A stretch of DNA of 64,000 nucleotides, from assembly GCA_002269645.1 (NCBI GenBank), contig NIVC01000754.1, positions 248,001 through 312,000 of the forward strand, read 5' to 3'. Shown here piece by piece: positions 24,120-36,375 of the stretch. The translations under genes and the position numbers were made by a program. This DNA comes from Macrostomum lignano (taxonomy: Eukaryota). Positions within the stretch are counted from its first letter, which is position 1. Each line of letters starts with the position of its first letter. The notes under the pieces were generated by a model, which did not search any database, had not been told where the DNA came from, and saw only the letters and a program-made list of their open reading frames with translations.

Positions 24120-25415
24120 TGTCCAGATAGAATATCCAGATAGAGCATCCAGATAGAGCATCCAGATAGAACATCCAGATAGAACATCCAGATAGAGCAT
24201 CCAGATACAATATCCAGATAGAACATCCAGATAGAGCATCCAGATAAAATATCCAGATAGAACATCCAGATAGAGCATCCAGATAAAATATCCAGATAGA
24301 ACATCCAGATAGAGCATCCAGATACAATATCCAGATAGAACATCCAGATAGAGCATCCAGATAGAACATCCAGATGGAGCATCCAGATAAAATATCCAGA
24401 TAGAACATCCAGATAGAGCATCCAGATACAATATCCAGATAGAACATCCAGATAGAGCATCCAGATAGAACATCCAGATAGAGCATCCAGATAGAACATC
24501 CAGATGGAGCATCCAGATAAAATATCCAGATAGAACATCCAGATAGAGCATCCAGATACAATATCCAGATAGAACATCCAGATAGAGCATCCAGATACAA
24601 TATCCAGATAGAACATCCAGATAGAGCATCCAGATAGAACATCCAGATAGAGCATCCAGATACAATATCCAGATAGAACATCCAGATAGAGCATCCAGAT
24701 ACAATATCCAGATAGAACATCCAGATAGAGCATCCAGATAGAACATCCAGATAGAGCATCCAGATACAATATCCAGATAGAACATCCAGATAGAGCATCC
24801 AGATACAATATCCAGGTAGAACATCCAGATAGAGCATCCAGATAGAACATCCAGATAGAGCATCCAGATACAATATCCAGATAGAACATCCAGATAGAGC
24901 ATCCAGATACAATATCCAGATAGAACATCCAGATAGAGCATCCAGATACAATATCCAGATAGAACATCCAGATAGAGCATCCAGATAGAACATCCAGATA
25001 GAGCATCCAGATTAAATATCCAGATAGAACATCCAGATAGAGCATCCAGATACAATATCCAGATAGAACATCCAGATAGAGCATCCAGATAGAACATCCA
25101 GATAGAGCATCCAGATACAATATCCAGATAGAACATCCAGATAGAGCATCCAGATAGAACGTCCAGGTAGAACATCCAGATAAAATATCCAGATAGAACA
25201 TCGAGATAGAACATCCAGGTAGAACATCCAGATAGAGCATCCAGATAGAACGTCCAGGTAGAACATCCAGATACAATATCCAGATAGAGCATCCAGATAG
25301 AACATCCAGATAGAACATCGAGATAGAGCATCCAGATATAACGTCCAGGTAGAACATCCAGATAGAGCATCCAGATATAACGTCCAGGTAGAACATCCAG
25401 ATACAATATCCAGAT
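24120..25415. repeat. 13-bp minisatellite (atccagatagaac and variants)
   Basis: Direct inspection. Confidence 0.93.
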
Positions 25416-26193
25416 AGTGCAGATAGATTATTCAGATAGAATACACGGGTGCAGTGCCAGTGGAGGCTCGAAGCCCAGCCCACTGTTACTATTAGTACAT
25501 GTACTATATAGCTTGTTGTCTCCGGGTATTAGAATGCTCCAGGTAGAGAAATTGCCTACTTTGGCGTTGGGACACGCAATTTCGGCCTGGTGCAGTGTGG
25601 TGCTGGGGCACTCACAAAACACAATTCTATGTAAGTACAGGTGGCAATGTTATAATAGTTGTATCTAATGATGATGGCTGATATATATGCTACAGAACAG
25701 GCGTGAGACGCGCGCTGGCTTTTACCGATACGGGTATGGTAGTAGTCCTGGCAATTCCGAAAGGATACCACAGAAAAGGCGGCGCTTACCGGTTGGCCGC
25801 AAAATTTCGTCCTTTTATTTCTGTTGAATCTCTTCGGGTCTCTTATTTCTTATGGTCTCTTTGGAGAAAGTCTCACTAGTTTTATTAATTTCACTGGTTT
25901 CAATGGTTCGCTTAATTTCCAGTCAAAATCGGGCGACGACAAAAGGGTGAGAAAAGAAAGATAGATGATGGCACAGCCAATCAGCTTCATCTAGATACGG
26001 AGCTGTAGGAATATGATTGTTACAGTGTGGCTATAGTTGATTGTTTGATGCAAAATCAGTGCAGCGATGGTCCAGCCCACAAGCAGCACTGTGAATTAAA
26101 CTTTTAACAATTTTTCTGCATTAAAAAATAGACAAATAAAATGAGTATAAATCTGCAGAACTGCAAAAGTTCCACCCCGGCAACCGCACCTAG

Positions 26194-26400
26194 GCGACAA
26201 TGGACAGCGCCACAGCGCCAGCTTACAAAACGGTCGCGAATGCCAGAAGTCTGATCCAGTGCACCGGCCTGTGCGACCAGTCTGATTGTCAGGCTGTCAT
26301 CTACTCCAAGGACCTGGGCCTCTGCCATCTGCTGGATTTCCCCACTCCGCCTGCCACTCTGGCCTCCGATGTTGCTGGCAAGTTTTTCATCCGCAGCTAA
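26194..26400 (+). CDS. PAN/apple-domain-like exon or small gene
   Basis: SLIQCTGLCDQSDCQAVIYSKDLGLCHLL has the PAN-type C-x3-C-x4-C-x4-Y-x6-C-x-L spacing. The 5' part is unresolved: an in-frame TAG lies just upstream at about 26191-26193 and could double as an acceptor. Confidence 0.55.
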   Translation, partial: ATMDSATAPAYKTVANARSLIQCTGLCDQSDCQAVIYSKDLGLCHLLDFPTPPATLASDVAGKFFIRS

Positions 26401-26486
26401 GCTAAAATTTCAGCATTCGTCTTTTAACTAGATGTTTGTTGTTGATTTTCATAGAGTCAAGCTGTGCTACTCGCGCCTTGGGCCAA

Positions 26487-26932
26487 CACCCATGAACACC
26501 CATGAACACCAATGAACACCAATGAACACCCATGAACACCCATGAACACCCATGAACACCCATGAACACCCATGAACACCCATGAACACCAATGAACACC
26601 AATGAACACCCATGAACACCCATGAACACCCATGAACACCCATGAACACCCATGAACACCCATGAACACCCATGAACACCCATGAACACCCATGAACACC
26701 CATGAACACCCATGAACACCCATGAACACCCATGAACACCCATGAACACCCATGAACACCCATGAACACCAATGAACACCAATGAACACCCATGAACACC
26801 CATGAACACCCATGAACACCCATGAACACCCATGAACACCCATGAACACCCATGAACACCCATGAACACCCATGAACACCCATGAACACCCATAAACACC
26901 CATGAACACCCATGAACACCAATGAACACCCA
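26487..26932. repeat. 10-bp minisatellite (catgaacacc)
   Basis: Direct inspection. Confidence 0.93.
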
Positions 26933-27854
26933 TCAGGGCCAACCCCCAAGGCACAGAGACTGTACATGCCTTAACTTATATTCATACAATGTAACACGAG
27001 CAATGAAAATCAATCGCTTTAAATTTTTTTAGCATAAACGGCTGAAGGTTGTTAGGTTTTTTCAATTCCTCTTTTTTACGGTAAAAAATAAAGAGTAGGC
27101 GTTTTATTTTACCTAATTCCTTCTGCTATTCCTACTTACTGATACCTAATCAATATTGTACATGAATTTATGTACATGTTGTGAGATCCTCCAGAGCGAC
27201 GCCTACAGCTGAACCCTGATACCCTGTTGGGAAGCTGCGACCCCCAGATCTGGGTCAGAGCTCCCGTCCCGTGTCCCAGGGAGAAGCAGAAAAACGACAG
27301 AGCAGAACTCAGAGCTTCCACGCAAAAGCCGATACAGTTCGCACTTGCTATGGTAGACACGTAGGTTTTTTTGAAATAGCCAACGATAGGACCAAGAGAA
27401 CGCAGGTGCGCGGCTGCCTACTAGACAGCAAATTCATTATATTTATTATCTGACCTACGAGTACATGAATACTTTTAGAACAAATGTACGTTACGGTAGG
27501 GGAGGTGGTGCGAGGTGGCGTGACTGGCGTACGCATTGATTATTGATTGGAGGGGTGGGGCAGACTGGAAGGGTTGGGGCGGGGCAGGAGGGCGAAAAAA
27601 GAACACGATTGCACAACATACATGTGGCATCGAGTTCAAGATTAAATAAAGCTGTCAGATCAGATTCGATGTACGCAACCAGTAGAATGAGAGAATCAAT
27701 TTGAGAGTTTCATTACCGTAATCGCGCTCGTAAATCACAATGCATCAGCAAAATATATTCGAAAGTTTTCAGTTTTTCAGCTCTCCTACTGCGCGAAGGT
27801 AAAACTATAATATACTATTGAAATTCAAGTCAATGGAATCTACCAATATTCCCT

Positions 27855-28650
27855 CTCAGCATCCTTCCCCCCAGCCCCAGCATCATTCCCCCAGCATCAT
27901 TCCCCCCAGCATCATTCCCCCAGCATCATTCCCCTAAACATCATTCCCCTCAGCATCATTCCCCTCAGCATCATTCCCCTCAGCATCATTCCCCTCAGCA
28001 TCATTCCCCTCAACATCATTCCCCTCAGCATCATTCCCCCAGCATCATTCCCCTCAGCATCATTCCCCTCAGCATCATTCTCCCAGCATCATTCCCCTCA
28101 GCATCATTCCCCTCAGCATCATTCCCCTCAGCATCATTCCCCCAGCATCATTCCCCTCAGCATCATTGATCCTCAGCATCATTCCCCTGAGCATCATTCC
28201 CCTCAGCATCATTCCCCTCAGCATCATTACCCTCAGCATCATTCCCCTCAGCATCATTCCCCTCAGCATCATTCCCCTCAGCATCATTCCCCTCAGCATC
28301 ATTACCCTCAGCATCATTCCCCTCAGCATCATTCCCCTCAGCATCATTCCCCTCAGCATCATTGATCCTCAGCATTATTCCCCTGAGCATCATTGATCCT
28401 CAGCATCCTTACCCCAGCATCATTCCCCTCGGAATCATTCCCCTCGGCATCATTCCCCTCGGAATCATTCTCCTCAGCATCATTCCCCTCAGCATCATTC
28501 CCCTCAGCATCATTCCCCCAGCATCATTCCCCTCGGAATCATTCCCCTCGGCATCATTCCCCTCGGAATCATTCTCCTCAGCATCATTCCCCTCAGCATC
28601 ATTCCCCTCAGCATCATTCCCCCAGCATCATTCCCCTCGGCATGCCTTCC
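27855..28650. repeat. 14/15-bp minisatellite (cagcatcattcccct)
   Basis: Direct inspection. Confidence 0.92.
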
Positions 28651-29896
28651 CTTCAGCAGTATTCCTATCTGTCCATTGCAGTACTTGACATCATTCTTCC
28701 TCAGTGCCGCTCAGAATCATCTAACGCAAAAATAGTCCCGCTACTTTTTTCACATGTGAGCTCGCAAAACTATTGCGATGAGTCGAGTATGCTAAAAGAG
28801 ATTAGTGCCAATTCTGACTCACAAACTGCCGGATAACTTGCAGCTCATTACAGAATGAAAAAAATGTTATTAAACTCTGCGAAGCGATGCACAAACAGCT
28901 TGTAGAAGTACAAAAAAATTAAACTTAGCCCCTATCGCAAGTTAATTGCACAATGGGAGTATTAAGGCTGTCTGGGCATGGGCTTCTTGGAAACGCGGGA
29001 GGAGAAACGTTACAGCTACCTTCCTCTTGGGTTAAGCCTCTCCCCATGCATATCTGTACATGTATATGTCCCTCACTAATTTGATCAGCCCTCGCGAGAT
29101 AATACCAGCAACATAACAAAATAGCTGCGGTTCGAGAGTTTTTTTACTCTATTTTAAGAAATTCTTTAGAGAAGCATGAGTCTTGGAAAATACAAAGCTG
29201 ATGTTCCAAGTTATTCAATTATATGTCTTTGATCCCCCAACTGTTTTTTTATCAACAAGAACTAGCATTAGGTTCGCTTAGAGTAGTCTACTTCAAGTAC
29301 TCACATTTCGCTAGCGAATCATTATCACATCATTTTTAAAACAATTCGACACTGCAAAAAGTTGTCTAGTGGATCTTGTCCCTGGCTCAATTCGATCAGC
29401 AGAGCTTATAACAATTGAACTGGTCTATCTGTATGCGTATTCTGTATCAAGAAAGTCTTTAGTTTTTTTAGTTAGTGCTTATAAAATTTTGTTGTAACTC
29501 TCAAAATAACAACAATTAAAACATAGAATTTGTTAATATATTTATTGCAGATTTAAAATGCTACTATGCCCTTGATTTTCACAGAAAGAGCTCCAACTCT
29601 AACTCCACTGCTTCTGAACTCACAATCGAGCACCAGTCCTTTCAGTCATATTTCTGTGCTTCTTATTGATTAGTGACGTAGCTAATTATAGTTACATATA
29701 CGATAAATAATTATAATTAGTGTAAAATTGCGCTTATCTTGTCTTCTTAATTAGAAACAACTTATTTACCATTTGGCTAGGTCTTATATAGTTATACTTC
29801 GAAATTCGAGGCATCCATATCTTAACGCTAAACCAAAACCAACTTTAAGAATAGTAAAAAAAATTCTAGATACTTCTTGCAATCAATACCACAACA

Positions 29897-32856
29897 ATGG
29901 CTCAATCGGTTCCAATTAATCAACTGTCTATTCCCCAATTACGAGAGGTTCTAGAAAAGATTGATGAGGTAAGTTATTATATAGCATAGGCCTAGTAGTT
30001 AATGGCAACCTAGTTTGTCTAAGGCTGCTGGCCTGCTGTAATAGGCATATTTAGTATTATGAAATAAAATCTATGTTTTAAGAGTCTATTGGTTATTGCA
30101 AATAGCACTTGTTATATGATTAGGCCTACTAATAAATAATATAGCATCATACTCATAAATAGGCCCCTAATATTAAATTAAAAAATAACTTCTTTTGTAA
30201 AAAAACAAGTATGTAACTTTCTGCTTATCTTTTTTCTATAAAAGAGGCCATTTGTAAAATCATTGTTTTTTTATAGTTTTTGTTTGTAGTAGGCTAATAA
30301 CTAATAAATAAACTTTAATTTTAACTTTAACTTTAGTAATACTTTGAGAACAAAGAAGTTAAAGTTACCTAGGGGGTCCAGTAAGCCAAATTAACAAAAA
30401 ACAATGAAATTATGGATGCAATGAAATGAATCTATAGAAAATTAAAGTAGAGAAAATTCCTCATTTAAAAAGTGTAAGTATGCTACAAATGGTAAAGTAT
30501 AGTACTAAAAGTTATATGCTTTTAAAATTATCACTATTTTAAAAAAAAATAGGTATCTAAAATGTTTAAAAATGCATAAACAAAAACATTTAATAAAACA
30601 ATGTTATTGTATTCTGATAAAATAGTAAAAGTGCATTTTTATGTCATATTTTTTCAAAAAAGGTTTTTTTCATAATAAAAATGTACCTTAAAGTTAAATT
30701 GATGCCTCGCATTGCTGGCACTTATTTCTTAATGTAGAATTTATTGTAGATTGTTTTTAGGCATTCATTTTTACTTTCCCCTCCCTAGTTTTGCTGCATT
30801 CTTGTTTGAACATGTCCCACCTAGCATCATGTAGTATATCTGGTAATATATTGGTATTGCTACCAGATTGGGAGCACAAAGTGTGCACCTAAAAATGAAG
30901 AAAATGAATATAAAAGTGAATCAAACACAATTCAAAAGCACAATAAATGCTTTATGGCAAAGTAATAAATCATTAAAAGATATAATATGCTAATATAAAA
31001 TTCAATACCATTGCATAAACATAAAAAGATAGAAATAAAAACTTTTTATCCATTAAAAGTTTATTTATATTAAAAGAAAAAAATATTTTTCCTCTTTTAT
31101 ATAATCTCTTCTTTATTTATTTATTTATTTATTTGTTTGTTTGTTTTTCTCTTTAAAGTGTTCATTACAATTTTTGACTTGCTTTTTCCAACATTTTTTT
31201 TCAATTATCACATACATTAACAGATTAAAGTCTTTATAGGAAAAATATGCTACAAAAGTCAAAGAAATTGTTGCAACAAAATGGTCATAACTTTTTTATT
31301 CTTTTACCAATTTTTATGAACTAAATGCTTTTGAAAACCTCTCAAAAAGATCCATACAATAGAATGCATATATTTCTGTTTTTCAAATTAAAAAATCTTA
31401 TTGGACCCACATGTTAACATAAAAAAATTAGAATTTTGCCCTTTTCTACTAAAAATAAATTGCATAAAATATTGGCATTGCTGGCATTGTTGTTTATTGT
31501 TGGCATTGCTTTTCCATCTTTTTAGCTGATATAAAGAGGTTGTCTAAAGCAATTTACAATACAACTAAAATTACAAGCTGAAAGGTAACAAATAACAAGT
31601 AAAAACTTATGTGTAAAATACTACTGAAGTATATATAACATAAGAACTAACCTAAATATTTATTTGAAACTTAAAAGCTGATTAATTATAATAAAATAAA
31701 AATAGGAAGGTTGTTTCAATAGCACTAGAAGGCATACATAGCAGAAAGTTACAAAATATTGGGAAAGAATTGAATCAAGGTGATGATGCTTGAATATGAA
31801 ATCAATATAATTAATAACTTTTATTTTTTATAAAGTTTATTAAACAAGAATTTGCTCACATTTGCTCATATTGCATATAATGTAGTAGGCCCCTAATCAT
31901 TATCAACAAAGATATTATTTAGGTAGCTCATATCTAGGGAACTTACAATATATGTAATAGTGTAACTTCTTATTAGACTTAATTATGTTTGTTCCTTTAT
32001 ATCTTTGGTCTCATTGACATTGTCATTAACATTAATGATAAATTTGTTGTTTATTCAAAAAATCATTAGCATAAATTTATTAATCAATTAGTACAAAAAA
32101 TCTTAATGGTAGACCATAACATCAATGCAAAATTTTAATGCGTATAACAGACTGGTGTTCAACATTGCACTAAATAGAAATTTGTTAAAATGTTCTTTTT
32201 GTAATAATATTGTTACATTTTTCTCATTTTCTCATTGATAGACTGACACTCAAGGCTAAGCCTAAGTGAATTAGGGACCTCAATAAGGATCTTATGACTT
32301 GTCAATATGCATATAAGCAGCAATTCTTAATTAAAAAAGTAACCTTTTAGAAATGAATAATTTTGCATTTTAGGCCTGAGACAAACTTTTTTAGCCAATG
32401 TTTCTCAATAAACTAACCATTGTAACCACGTTTAATCAAACACAGGAGATGGAATTTCTCACTAGTAGTCTGCAAAATCTCAAGACAGTACAGCAGAAAT
32501 TCATGGACTCTAAAGAGGCTGTGGAACGATTAACTCCCGATCGGGCCCACTCTGAGACTCTGGTGCCAATGACCAGCACCCTGTATGTGCTGGGCCGGCT
32601 GTGTCCGCCTGACAAGGTCACGGTGGACATTGGCACAGGCTACTACGCCGATATGACACCAACTCAAGCGGCTGATTTCTTTCAGCGCAAAGCCGAATTT
32701 CTGGCTAAAGAGATTGAAAAAGTTCAGCCGGGGTTGCAGGAGAAGTATGCCACGAAACAGGTGGTGACGGAGGTGCTTCAGGCCAAGGTTAAAGTGGCCG
32801 TGTCCAGCCAACAGGCCAGCACTGCTCAGGCTCAGGCGGGTGGCAACCAGCCCTGA
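29897..32856 (+). CDS. PFDN5: Prefoldin subunit 5 (alpha-type), 2 exons, 160 aa
   Basis: Exon 1 29897-29968 (MAQSVPINQLSIPQLREVLEKIDE/gtaagt) joins in phase 0 to exon 2 32446-32856 (EMEFLTSSLQNLK...LVPMTSTLYVLG...VTVDIGTGYY...FFQRK...LQEK). The sequence matches PFDN5 as I recall it. Confidence 0.95.
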
Positions 32857-33289
32857 GCCGCTTGTGAATTGATTGATTGATTGTTAAAATAAAATCAATA
32901 TCTAGACCCAGCGTTTTGCTTGTGTGCTTGTAGGTTCGATCTTTTTTTCTTTTGTTTATTTGTGACTTGTGTGACACATTTCTTAGTATATTAATTAGTT
33001 TTTTGTCTACAATTGTTTCCATTTATATCTTCAAGAAAACAAAGTAACTGAGTAACTGGGCGTGCGACAGCTGTATGGCCTGTAGAGACACTGAATGCTA
33101 ATAAAATACAATTCTCCTGTTAATTAAATGTTTGTTTAATCAATGATTTCACTGATGTTAACATTTTTTTTATTTCTTTACGTTTTTCAATTGATTCTTA
33201 AGGCTGATAAGTAAGGTTTACAGAATTTTTTAAACCAAACAGTTCACTGAACTTATCCCTGGGGTATTTTATAAGACTTTAATTTATGA

Positions 33290-33470
33290 AGATTGTAGTT
33301 GGTGAAGATTCTGATTTATTAAGATTGTAATTGGTGAAGATTCTAAATTATTAAGATTGTAATTGGTGAAGATTCTAATTTATTAAGATTGTAGTTGGTG
33401 AAAATTATGATTTATGAAGATTGTAGATGGTGAAGATTCTGATTTATAAAAATTGTAGTTGGTAAAGTTC
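33290..33470. repeat. About 32-bp AT-rich minisatellite (aagattgtagttggtgaagattctgatttatt)
   Basis: About 5 diverged copies. Confidence 0.8.
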
Positions 33471-33667
33471 GTAAAATCTAGTACCTCACATGTGGACATA
33501 GTTGGCCATTTTCACATTTTCACGCCTGTTTTCAAATATTTTGTTCGAGATCAAATTTATATTCTTTTCTTGCTATTCATTAGTAGGTAATCTGCTATCA
33601 AGGGAAGGTTCTTAGCTTTAGGTGGGGTTTCCACGGCTCAGTTACAAATGCTGATGATTTCTTAAGC

Positions 33668-34334
33668 CAGGGGTAGGTGAAATCCATCCCTCGGGCCACA
33701 TGCGGCCTGCCAAGCCTCTATACGGCCCTCGGGTCCTTTCAAACTTCACAATAGTGATATAGCCCGCTCAAGGCTTGTCTCTTCTCAGCGCTCTCAGCCT
33801 TCTCTCCCCCTTTCTTCCTTATCTCATCTCTCCTCCCCTCCTCTCCTCTCCTCTCCCTTCTCTCCTCTCCCCCCTCTCTCCTCTTCTCTACTCTCACTTC
33901 TCTTCTCTCCTCTCCCTTCTCTCCTTTCCCCTCTCTCCTCTTCTCTACCCTCACTTCTCTCCTCTCCTCTCCTCTCCCTTCTCCCCTCTCTCCTCTCCCT
34001 TCTCCTCTCTCTCCTCTCCTTTCTCTCCTCTCTCCTCTCCTCTCCTCTTCTCCCCGCTCTCCTCTCTTCCCTCTCTCCTCTTCCTTCTCCCCTCTCTCCT
34101 CTCCCTTCTCTCTCTCCTCTCCTTTCTCTCCTCTCTCCTCTCCTCTCCTCTCCTCTTCTCCCCGCTCTCCTCTCTTCCCTCTCTCCTCTTCCTTCTCTCC
34201 TCTCACATTTTTCCGCTCCCTACTCTCTATTCTTTCCTCTCTTCCCTATCTCCTCTTCTATTTCCCTTCCTCTGGCCCGCAGTCATGCGCTAGATTCTTC
34301 ATCTGGCTCTTTAGGTAAAAACTTGCCAACTCTG
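33668..34334. mobile_element. Non-autonomous hAT (Charlie-like) DNA transposon / MITE with an internal CT-rich repeat
   Basis: Left end CAGGGGTAGGTGAAATCC...CGGGCCACATGCGGCC; right end reads CAGAGTTGGCAAG on the reverse strand. Flanked by an 8-bp target-site duplication with one mismatch: TCTTAAGC (33660-33667) and TCTTGAGC (34335-34342). Confidence 0.7.
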
Positions 34335-34497
34335 TCTTGAGCTAAGCGGCTTAATAGCAAAAGCAACGAATGCTACTACAAGGTTTTGACGTGTAGAATT
34401 TATTAGAAAAGGTTAGTTCCTTAATTTGCTTGCAAGACACTGATGTACTTTTATATTACAATCCCCCCTTACTGCTCAAGCGCATTCGCAGTCTGTC

Positions 34498-34947
34498 ATG
34501 CCTGAGATTGTTGAAGCCGCTGGGCTGCTGGTGTTCTCTCGGACAGGCAGCGAGCCCCTCTACCTCATGCTGCACTCGTCGCGCACCCAGGACCGCTGGA
34601 CGCCGCCCAAGGGTCACCTGGAGGCTGGGGAGACCCTGCTGGACTGCGCTATGCGAGAGACGCGCGAAGAGAGCGGCCTGACCCGGCTGAAACTGCTGGA
34701 TCAGTTCGCCGCTACAAAGATCTGCTACAACAGCCGGAGGCATCTGGAGCGATTGAAGAGTTGCACCTTCTGGCTGGCTGAAGTCGCTGACGAGGCCGAA
34801 GCTGCCGCGGTCCGGCTGTCGCACGAGCATCGCGACTTTCGCTGGTGCCAGCTAGCGGAAGCCACCCAGCTGGCTCGCGATGGCTTTCCAGAGATGCTGC
34901 CGCTGTTGGAGCAAGCGCACAACTACATAGTTTGCGGCGGGGCCTGA
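34498..34947 (+). CDS. NUDT2: Bis(5'-nucleosyl)-tetraphosphatase (asymmetrical Ap4A hydrolase), Nudix family, single exon, 149 aa
   Basis: AAGLLVF, WTPPKGH, Nudix box GHLEAGETLLDCAMRETREESG, FWLAEV and RLSHEH...RW are NUDT2 hallmarks. Confidence 0.92.
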   Translation: MPEIVEAAGLLVFSRTGSEPLYLMLHSSRTQDRWTPPKGHLEAGETLLDCAMRETREESGLTRLKLLDQFAATKICYNSRRHLERLKSCTFWLAEVADEAEAAAVRLSHEHRDFRWCQLAEATQLARDGFPEMLPLLEQAHNYIVCGGA

Positions 34948-35599
34948 GTCTGGGGGATGAGCACGGATGAGCTCTTATCGTTAGTCAGTGTGCAGTCTCT
35001 GCGCCTGGGGGGTTGGCTGTGGAAAATCCATAGATTATCGACTTTAATAAAATTGACAGTATAGCAGTAGTTTTTTATGCTTAACATTATCTAATTATTG
35101 ATTGTCATTTTTTATGTAATAATTAAATTTATTGCCCGTCAATTATGCAATTTAAATAGCGAGTATAGAATCAACTGCAGCCCTGGATTCAGTAGTACTG
35201 CAGTTAGTAGTATTTATTGCGTTTTTCCCTCGCCCTTATCCTGCGCCTGTCCCGTCTTTCGCCTTCCGCAAAGTGTTATTTTTAAGTTCTCTCTGCACTA
35301 TAATATTTTCATTAAATTAATCAATATTTATGCTTGTAAAATTTCTAGTAATAAATTCTAGCACTGGAGCTATGCATCTGCTAACTAGACCGCAGCTTTT
35401 ATTTTCCCAAATTAAAATGCATGCGAAACTTTTGGACACCGACTTTTCAAGTTGTAAATATTTCGCACTTAATAAATACATATTACTTTAGTTCAATTGA
35501 TCTTTAGATACAAGTCCTTTAAATAAAAAAATAGAATATTTTGAACTGATTTCTGAGTAATTTTTGCTTTTAATCCAAGTCAGCTGCAATGTCCACATG

Positions 35600-36375
35600 C
35601 CCTAACAATCAACTTCAACCCCTGCCCCAATGTACATACAATTACGCCCTGGCAATCAGCTTCAACCCCTGCCCCAATGTACACACGCCCTGACAATCGG
35701 CTTCAACCCCTGCCCCAATGTACACACGCCCTGACAATCGGCTTCAACCCCTGCCCCAATGTACACACGCCCTGGCAATCAGCTTCAACCCCTGCCCCAA
35801 TGTACACACGCCCAGGAAATCAGCTTTAACACCTGCCCCAATGTACACACGCCCTGGCAATCAGCTTCAACCCCTGCCCCAATGTACACACGCCCTGGCA
35901 ATCAGCTTCAACCCCTGCCCCAATGTACACACGCCCTGACAATCGGCTTCAACCCCTGCCCCAGTGTACACACGCCCTGGCAATCAGCTTCAACCCCTGC
36001 CCCAATGTACACACGCCCTGGCAATCAGCTTCAACCCCTGCCCCAATGTACACACACTGACAATCGGCTTCAACCCCTGCCCCAATGTACACACGCCCAG
36101 GAAATCAGCTTTAACACCTGCCCCAATGTACACACGCCCTGGCAATCAGCTTCAACCCCTGCCCCAATGTACACACGCCCTGGCAATCAGCTTCAACCCC
36201 TGCCCAATGTACACACGCCCTGACAATCGGCTTCAACCCCTGCCCCAATGTACACACGCCCTGGCAATCAGCTTCAACCCCTGCCCCAATGTACACACGC
36301 CCTGGCAATCAGCTTCAACCCCTGCCCCAATGTACACACGCCCAGGAAATCAGCTTTAACACCTGCCCCAATGTA
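35600..36375. repeat. 41-bp minisatellite (ggcaatcagcttcaacccctgccccaatgtacacacgccct)
   Basis: Direct inspection. Confidence 0.92.

Noticed and set aside
23862-25483. Hydrophobic multi-pass-looking ORFs (also 49258-50471 and 55148-56405)
   Set aside because: All frames are periodic translations of 13-, 24- and 18-bp repeats.
35424-35445. Tc1/mariner-like TIR fragment (aaacttttggacaccgact)
   Set aside because: No matching second end or TA target duplication located.
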